DNA from: Armatimonadota bacterium
GTDB lineage: Bacteria > Armatimonadota > SYMT01
Assembly: GCA_041690135.1 (NCBI GenBank)
Contig: JAWLHY010000005.1
Coordinates: 397,487-461,486 of the forward strand
Direction of reading: 5' to 3'
Length of the DNA stretch: 64,000 bases
Shown: positions 57,856 to 64,000 of the stretch, piece after piece
Layout: the number at the start of each line of letters is the position of its first letter
Position numbering within the stretch: position 1 is the first letter of the stretch
Position numbers and translations under genes: made by a program
The notes under the pieces: generated by a model
The model's database searches: none
Seen by the model: only the letters and a program-made list of their open reading frames with translations
Told to the model about the DNA's origin: nothing

Positions 57856-58355
57856 ATCTTATTCACCACCTGGTGCTTTGTGAGATCGGAAGAGTCGAGG
57901 GTCCAGTCCGCCAGGGCGTAGCGCGGGTTTCTCTCCGCCAGCAGCGTCTCGATCGCCGCTTTCGGATTCGGAGCCGTCTTCAACATCGGGCGTCCCTCCC
58001 AGGGCGCCGTGCGGGCCAGGATCACCTCCGGCCGGGCGGTGAGACAGATCAGCACGCCGCCCTGGCGCAAGAGTTCGACGTTCTCATCGCGCCCCATGAT
58101 GCCGCCACCCGTCGAAACAACGCAGCCCCCGCATTGCGAAACCCGCCGGGCCGCCTCCGTCTCCAGATCGCGAAACGCTTCCTCCCCCCGGCTCGCGAAG
58201 ATGTCCGGGATTCGCATCCCCGCCATCTCTTCGATGATTGCATCCGTGTCGAGGTGCCTGCGCTGGAGGCGCTTACCCAGTTCACGGCCCACGGAGGACT
58301 TTCCGGTGCCCATGAAGCCGATGAGAATGATATTGTGCTTGCGAGGGGGCGCCAC
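57807..58355 (-). CDS. aroK: Shikimate kinase
   Basis: GFMGTGKS, DTD, GEEAFRDLE, STGGG, RPML. Confidence 0.95.
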   Translation of the reverse strand: MAPPRKHNIILIGFMGTGKSSVGRELGKRLQRRHLDTDAIIEEMAGMRIPDIFASRGEEAFRDLETEAARRVSQCGGCVVSTGGGIMGRDENVELLRQGGVLICLTARPEVILARTAPWEGRPMLKTAPNPKAAIETLLAERNPRYALADWTLDSSDLTKHQVVNKICAVLPSLYRTIATRS

Positions 58356-58529
58356 GGCTTGCTCCTGCTATCGAACGCAAGAGATTCTATCATTTGCCTC
58401 TCCACGTGGCCATCGTGGCCGGAAGGAGTGGAGACCGGCATTTTAGAATGTTGACATGCTGCCGTCCCGGACCGGCAGAAACCCCGCGATGCGTTCCACC
58501 GGACAGGTCTCTTCTTCAACGTTTTCCCG

Positions 58530-59291
58530 ATGAGCGACGATATCTCCCCACTTCTGGATTCCTGGCCCTACGACGAGTCGCCCGGGCTGCAGGTCCGCCG
58601 GATCGAGGGCCGGGACGGTATGCCGCGCCTGCAAATCCGCACGGATTTAGGAGTTCTCCAACTCCAGCTGAATGGGCGTCCGGACGGTAAGCGCCCCCAC
58701 GGGTTCACCTCGCTGCTCGACTATCATACGGCGCAGGTACGGGAGCACCGCCGCCGCCACGGGTGGTACGAGGGGTTCGAGCTCGACGGGGCCGCCTGCG
58801 CGGCTTTGCGCCACGAATCACTGCAGTACTACCACCGGCGTATAGCGTTGATGGCGTTGCAGGAGTATGCGCGTGCGGTGGAGGACGCGGACCACAACCT
58901 GCGCATTCTGGACCTACTCAAGGCGTTCGCCCGCGATCAAGAAGACTGGCTGGCGACCGAACAGTACCGCGCGTTCATCACCAGCCACAAGATCGAATGT
59001 CTTGCCAGGGAGCACCTCTTGCGGGAGGACGTGGAGGCATCCCTCCTGGAGTTGGAACGTGGCGTCCGGCAACTGCGGGAGATTTTCGCAGAACAGGACC
59101 GCCTCGAATCATTCGCGGAGTGCCTGGAGGTGAATGCGCTGATGGACCTTCGGCGCCGTTTGGAGGCGCAATACGAAATCGGCTACCGGCAGCGTCTGCG
59201 CCTGTTACTTGATGATGCCCTGCGCCGCGAGGACCCGGATACCGCCGCCGATCTTCGCGCCCAACTTCGGGAGTTGGAGCGCGAAGAGTAG
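58530..59291 (+). CDS. Conserved protein with a C-terminal UVR (UvrB/UvrC)-like coiled-coil motif
   Basis: LQIRTDLGVLQ...GRPDGKRP, ESLQYYHR, C-terminal LDDALRREDPDTAADLRAQL. Confidence 0.72.
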   Translation: MSDDISPLLDSWPYDESPGLQVRRIEGRDGMPRLQIRTDLGVLQLQLNGRPDGKRPHGFTSLLDYHTAQVREHRRRHGWYEGFELDGAACAALRHESLQYYHRRIALMALQEYARAVEDADHNLRILDLLKAFARDQEDWLATEQYRAFITSHKIECLAREHLLREDVEASLLELERGVRQLREIFAEQDRLESFAECLEVNALMDLRRRLEAQYEIGYRQRLRLLLDDALRREDPDTAADLRAQLRELEREE

Positions 59292-59303
59292 CGGCGGCGC
59301 ATC

Positions 59304-60986
59304 CTAACGGGCGTTCATTCCGAAACGCTGGTTCACCGCGGAGCAGACTTCCTCGAAGTAGACAAGGCGTTCGTTGTCCTGGTCGCCGAGGACGTCGAGG
59401 GTGATCCGCGGATCGACCGTGCCGACAACCTCGGAGATCATTTTGACCAGCCCGGTATCGCAGCGCCGAATGACTTCCTCCGCGTCTGAAAGTCCCCCAC
59501 TCCACCGCGTGGGGCGGTCCCACAGCGGAACGTCTTCGTCGGCATCGCCGAACTCGAAGCAGTAGGTCCAGAACAGGTGATAGACGACGTTGTTGACACT
59601 GTCCCACGGGACGGTGGGGCGGTTCTGCTCAAACCACTCGTGGAGCCGGTCCTTGGCCTCCTTGAGGGAGACCTCTTCATTGTTCCGACGAGCCTCGTCG
59701 AAGATACGGCAGAGGGTGTGGATGATCTCATACCGATCCGACATCGGCACATGCCGGATGCGGCGGATACGTAGGGCGGCCAGATAACGCTGGGCAGGGG
59801 TTTGCGACCAGCCCCCGGCCAATCCCGGCGAGGTCGCTTCCGGCGCTCCGTTCAGGCTCAGCTCCGCCGGGCTTTCTCTTTCGGTGACCAGGAAGTCTCC
59901 CCGTACTTCGGACCGCGAAACACGGAACTGGTCGCGCATCGCCAGGATAAAGTCCAGGAACGACGCATAGCCGTAGGCGCTTTCGTCGAACCCCGGCAAC
60001 TCCTGCCGCAAGCGCGCTTTGAGCTGGGTTCCCCGCACCGGCACCCTCTGGAGCGCTCCGTTCCCGTCGGAGCCCAGCATCCGGAGCGACCGGCGGATCG
60101 TTTCCGCCAGCTCTTCCCGCTGCACCTGCTCCTGGGGGGCTTCCGCCTCCGCTGTCCCTACGGATACCGGCCCGCCCTGGGCAAATTCCAGCATTCGCTG
60201 CAGGTTCGCTTCGGCGACCGTACCGCGCTCCGCCACGAAGTAGTCCGCTCCGTCGCCCGGACGTCCGAAGACCACCGCATCCGAATGGGCCTGCAGGAAC
60301 TCGGCGAACGAGGCGTAACCCTCGAACTGCTCCTCCCACCCCGGGTCCAGGCGACGCATGGCCGCTTTTACGGCGGATGCTTTGAGGGGCGTGCCGGGTG
60401 GCGGCATGCCGGGCAAACCCTGACGATCCGCCATCCGTCGGAGCGTGGAGAGCAATAACGTGCGCGAGTCGCGGCGAGAGCCGCCGTTGACGTCGGAGTG
60501 CTCCTCGTGCAGCCAGTCGGCAATCTCTTCATAGAAGAGATAGTGGTCGCAACTCTTGACCAGATACTGGCTGCTGCTCGCCTTCAGTCCCACTCCCCAG
60601 ACCGTCTTGCTGTTCTCGCGCAGGCGGTTGACCAGCGACAAAAAGTCGCTGTCTCCCGAAACGAGGACAAAGTCGGTGATGTCCGGAAAGCGGAAAGCAC
60701 TCTCAATGGCGTCGATGGCGATCCGGATGTCCGCGCCGTTCTTCCATCCCTCGCGGTCGCGGGCCGCCGCAAACACCTGGACGGGCTCGATTCCTTGCTG
60801 CAAGAGGTCGCTTCGGTAGTCTTTGAAGTATCCCCAGTCCGCATACGCACGCTTGATCAGGATGCGTCCTTTCTCCTCCAGTTCTCCCAGAATGGCTCGC
60901 AGGTCCACCCGCTCTTCCAGATGATGTTGCCTAACGCCTCTTGCAATGTTCTCGAAATCAATGAATAGGGCCAGCTTCCGTTCCAT
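59304..60986 (-). CDS. NYN (LabA/DUF88, PIN-like) nuclease with two OST-HTH/LOTUS domains
   Basis: FIDFENI, KNGADIRIAIDA, VSGDSDF; LOTUS-like PGWEEQFEGYASF and PGFDESAYGYASF. Confidence 0.88.
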   Translation of the reverse strand: MERKLALFIDFENIARGVRQHHLEERVDLRAILGELEEKGRILIKRAYADWGYFKDYRSDLLQQGIEPVQVFAAARDREGWKNGADIRIAIDAIESAFRFPDITDFVLVSGDSDFLSLVNRLRENSKTVWGVGLKASSSQYLVKSCDHYLFYEEIADWLHEEHSDVNGGSRRDSRTLLLSTLRRMADRQGLPGMPPPGTPLKASAVKAAMRRLDPGWEEQFEGYASFAEFLQAHSDAVVFGRPGDGADYFVAERGTVAEANLQRMLEFAQGGPVSVGTAEAEAPQEQVQREELAETIRRSLRMLGSDGNGALQRVPVRGTQLKARLRQELPGFDESAYGYASFLDFILAMRDQFRVSRSEVRGDFLVTERESPAELSLNGAPEATSPGLAGGWSQTPAQRYLAALRIRRIRHVPMSDRYEIIHTLCRIFDEARRNNEEVSLKEAKDRLHEWFEQNRPTVPWDSVNNVVYHLFWTYCFEFGDADEDVPLWDRPTRWSGGLSDAEEVIRRCDTGLVKMISEVVGTVDPRITLDVLGDQDNERLVYFEEVCSAVNQRFGMNAR

Positions 60987-60994
60987 TAGTCAGG

Positions 60995-62266
60995 TCAGTC
61001 CAGCATTTCTAGCGTCGCTTGTAGGAGACGCTCTTCCACATCCGGCGTATAAGCCGCCGGCAAGTTGTAGTACGGATGACTTCCGTTCACTTCGTATCCA
61101 CCCAACGGGTACATGGTAGCACTCGGGACGTATCCGACCGCACCATTCGCATATGCCGCCACGATCAGTGGCCGGAAATAGTTCCCCTTATCGTTTTTCA
61201 GACGCAAGGCGTACTCGCTGGCCACTTCTCCGGCCAGGAACACCATACGTGCGTGAGGTCCGAGATGAAGCGCCTGTAATTCGAATGGAATCGTTCCGGG
61301 TACCCGCGCGCGCTCCAGCAACCCCCTGGCCCATTGTCGGTGCAAATCCCCTTCCGCCTCCTGCGCCAATCGCCGCAGTTCCCCTTCAGAAGGGGGGGAT
61401 GCCAGAGGAACCTCCAGGACATTGCGGCGCACTACCAGCCAGGGAACTTCCACTGGTAGCTCGCAGGAGGCGGAAGCCAGAACGGACCGCGCGAGACGTA
61501 ACCCGACTGACTCAACCTCCCATGGTTCCGCCATGCGAAACCGGCCCTCGGCGTCGGTGAAGTTCGGACGCACGTCGCCGGCGCACCCCAGGACGAATAA
61601 GGCTACGCCTCCAATGGTACTCTCCAGTTCCCGGCAAAGGAATCCCGGGTAATCCCCTCCAATGTAGGTGCCGCCGCGGCAGGTTGGATGACAGGCCACA
61701 CACGTAAGCGTGGCCATGACTTCGTCACTCTCCGCATGACGAATCCAGAGGGTATCTACGTCGGGGTCTCGCGGTCCGCCGGGGTTGGGCCGCATGAGGA
61801 CTTTCTCGCCAGCCTGCCACCGGCGGTTGACTCCCAGCGTATCCTCGGCTCGGGAGAACCCCATGCGTGCGGAGGATAAGGAGGCGGTTGCCCTTGCGGC
61901 TACCTCAACGCAACGGTCTTCGAACCAACTGCGGTAGGTCGGGTCCACTTCCCCCGGCATCACCATGTCGCAAACGCGGGGCGCACAATGTGTGTGCGTG
62001 GCCGTGAGTATCACGGCGGCGGGTGGAATGCCTGTAGCCTGGGAGATCCGGTCCTTGAGGGTCGCGGTGCGGCTCCGGTCGAAACCCAGGACTTCCGCCG
62101 AGATCAGCAGCGCCAGAGTATCCCCCTGGCCAAGTGCCAGGGCTCGTACGTGGATCGGGAGATAGCTCCCCTCGGACGGGGACGTGCGATTCCCAAACCC
62201 ATCCAGCCATTGAGGTGATCCTGGAGTGATAGCGAGAGAGGCAGCGCCGGCGCGCAGAGGGGCCAT
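60995..62266 (-). CDS. Neutral/alkaline ceramidase-like hydrolase
   Basis: ATHTHCAP, GVNRR, ACHPT, GDYPG, GCAGD, GYVPS...GGYE. Start approximate. Confidence 0.82.
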   Translation of the reverse strand: MAPLRAGAASLAITPGSPQWLDGFGNRTSPSEGSYLPIHVRALALGQGDTLALLISAEVLGFDRSRTATLKDRISQATGIPPAAVILTATHTHCAPRVCDMVMPGEVDPTYRSWFEDRCVEVAARATASLSSARMGFSRAEDTLGVNRRWQAGEKVLMRPNPGGPRDPDVDTLWIRHAESDEVMATLTCVACHPTCRGGTYIGGDYPGFLCRELESTIGGVALFVLGCAGDVRPNFTDAEGRFRMAEPWEVESVGLRLARSVLASASCELPVEVPWLVVRRNVLEVPLASPPSEGELRRLAQEAEGDLHRQWARGLLERARVPGTIPFELQALHLGPHARMVFLAGEVASEYALRLKNDKGNYFRPLIVAAYANGAVGYVPSATMYPLGGYEVNGSHPYYNLPAAYTPDVEERLLQATLEMLD

Positions 62267-62283
62267 GGTTGAAGGTCTCGAAG

Positions 62284-63723
62284 CTAGCGCCACGGCTGTG
62301 GTGCGACGAAAGCCGATTCGTTCTGACGCAGCTCCAGGGTTGGGAACGACCAATCCCGTGCGGCTTGCCGCGCGCGGCGGTACTCTTCACGCTTCCCGCT
62401 GAGCAAGCAGGCGCGTTGGAGCTTGGACCAGAGTGTGGGCGAGGTGGGCACCACCTTGACCGCTCTGCGGAGAGTGTCGTACTGCTTCTCCCAATCACGC
62501 AGGCGGCCATACATCTCGGCGGAGAGATCCAGAAACATCGCCTGGTGGGTGCGCAGTGGCACTTCCTTCGCTGCTCGCTGGTAGACTTCCAGGGCCTTTT
62601 GCAGCCATCGTCGTTCCTCGGCGGTGACTTCTGTTCTGGCGAATGGCCGGCCCGGTCCGGCGTCCTCCGCCAGCCGCTCGTACAAATCGCCTAGATGAAG
62701 CGCGGCAAACACGTTGTCGGGATCGGTGCGGACGACTCGAGCGACCTGGGTTACTTCCGCGAGTAGTTTGTCGCGCTGGGAATGGGTGTGGCTTGACCGT
62801 GCGGGCCGAACATCCAGTGCGGGGGTTAGAGCTTCCACCGGCGCTCCGGGATGCTGCATGGGCGGCGGGGCGAGGGGGCGCGGTGGAAATGGGTTGGCGT
62901 CTCGGGGGCCGGGCCTCTCCCCTTCCGGCGGGCTCATATACGCGGCATCCGGAATCGGGATGGGCGGGGATACATGTTCCATCCCAGGAGGGGGCGGCGA
63001 GACGGGCTGCTGGCCGGCCGGCTCTCGTAGAAAGTTGGCTCCGGAAGCTCCGGGGGTAGGCACGGGTCCTCCGAGCGAACCTCCGGACTGTTCACCGAAT
63101 CTCGAACGGCGTGTCCGGGATTCGGCGGCGCTGGCGACTCGCGGGGGACCCCAGGTGAGCAGCGCGAAGCTCTTCAGTTGATTAGAAAGCGGTAGGGCCG
63201 CCAAAGGTGTGATCGACTGCAGGCGCTCCAGGTAGCGTTCGGCGCTTTCCCGATGCTTCTCGGCCTGGGAAGCGGTTCTGCGGTCTCGATACAGCACGGC
63301 GAGGATGAGTTCGCACTCGGCCAGGCGTGTGAGCAATGCCGTATTCTGGGGGGCCCGTGCGAGGTCCTCTCGCAGCAATCGGATTCTTTCCTGAACGCGG
63401 CTCTCGAGACCTCTCGGTAGGGGTTGTTCGGGGGGGACGGACGGGGGAACGGTGCCCCGAAGAGTAGTCGACCGGGTGGCGGTGGCCGCGGGAACGCTGC
63501 GGCGGTCGAGCACGATTCGCGCCGCGCCACCCGCCAGCAATAGAGCCCCCATGCCCACGGCAAGCCAGGGACGCCACCGGAGGCCGGCTCCGCGTGTCTC
63601 CCGGCTCCGCAACGGCGCACCACAGGCGGGACACAGGTATTCCCGGTCCCAGCGGGGTGGGAGATGCGAGTTCCCACACCGGCTGCAGACCGGCATTTCC
63701 AGGTCGGCGGCACCTTCGGTCAT
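62284..63723 (-). CDS. Zn-ribbon, TM, Pro-rich and TPR-like protein
   Basis: CSRC...CPAC, one TM helix, Pro-rich linker, helical TPR-like C-terminus. Start uncertain (up to 63768). Confidence 0.7.
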   Translation of the reverse strand: MTEGAADLEMPVCSRCGNSHLPPRWDREYLCPACGAPLRSRETRGAGLRWRPWLAVGMGALLLAGGAARIVLDRRSVPAATATRSTTLRGTVPPSVPPEQPLPRGLESRVQERIRLLREDLARAPQNTALLTRLAECELILAVLYRDRRTASQAEKHRESAERYLERLQSITPLAALPLSNQLKSFALLTWGPPRVASAAESRTRRSRFGEQSGGSLGGPVPTPGASGANFLREPAGQQPVSPPPPGMEHVSPPIPIPDAAYMSPPEGERPGPRDANPFPPRPLAPPPMQHPGAPVEALTPALDVRPARSSHTHSQRDKLLAEVTQVARVVRTDPDNVFAALHLGDLYERLAEDAGPGRPFARTEVTAEERRWLQKALEVYQRAAKEVPLRTHQAMFLDLSAEMYGRLRDWEKQYDTLRRAVKVVPTSPTLWSKLQRACLLSGKREEYRRARQAARDWSFPTLELRQNESAFVAPQPWR

Positions 63724-63853
63724 CCCTTGCTCCTCCAGGCTGCACCCAAGTCGGTTCGTCTCTATCACTATTCAGGAAGGACGCGGTTACCTCCTGCCGA
63801 ACGGTGGCGCGGGTCGGGTCCGTCTTCCGCGCGCCTACCGGAGGGCATCGGCC

Positions 63854-63902
63854 AACAAGAAAAGGGGCCCGGCGGCAATGCCGCCGGGCCCCTTTTCTTG
63901 TT
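63854..63902. terminator. Bidirectional intrinsic terminator
   Basis: aacaagaaaaggggcccggcggca-a-tgccgccgggccccttttcttgtt perfect inverted repeat. Confidence 0.88.
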
Positions 63903-63929
63903 CATGATTCACCCCGAATTTTGAGAGGA

Positions 63930-64000
63930 ATAGAGAGCAACCTCCTGCGGGTAACGCGTGGTTAACCAGCCTAGCGTTCCGAAGGGAGGCCGCTCTCTAT
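63930..64000. ncRNA. Candidate structured RNA (long irregular hairpin), cut by the window edge
   Basis: Nested pairings atagagagc/gctctctat, cctcct/gggagg, cgg/ccg, aacgc/gcgtt, ggtt/agcc, next to a terminator. Confidence 0.4.

Noticed and set aside
63905-63918. GGGGTGAATC (minus strand) resembling part of a c-di-AMP riboswitch
   Set aside because: The remaining conserved riboswitch elements are absent and a terminator follows immediately.

Overview
High-GC bacterial DNA, probably Armatimonadota or a similar lineage (inferred from the prepilin/DUF1559 H-X9-DG gene, the PASTA kinase-rpe operon and the REP-like repeats). From left to right: (1) 1-9.5 kb, a MoxR AAA ATPase plus a 2771-aa SAV_2336/vWA multidomain conflict protein, followed by an IS630 remnant. 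(2) 10-34 kb, an accessory and partly decayed region with a PP2C phosphatase, an SBBP propeller, a PHP hydrolase, a three-gene operon (Asp-rich repeat peptide, JmjC oxygenase, ferredoxin-GNAT fusion), a sulfatase/FGE/SulP cluster and several pseudogenes. (3) 34-45 kb, Tat-exported enzymes and a kinase/KaiC signalling cluster. (4) A CPA1 antiporter-rhodanese fusion whose rhodanese active-site loop contains an in-frame UGA, so it is a probable selenoprotein that the ORF track truncates. (5) A DUF1559-GH51-ROK sugar locus. (6) 52-64 kb, core genes (ribE, ribD, rpe, pknB, aroB, aroK) and a NYN-LOTUS nuclease. The best candidates for new biology are the putative RiPP-like JmjC/Asp-repeat peptide system (19530-22404), the Sec-rhodanese antiporter (44980-46557) and the effector architecture of the giant vWA protein. 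All family calls come from motif recognition by eye; no database searches were run.
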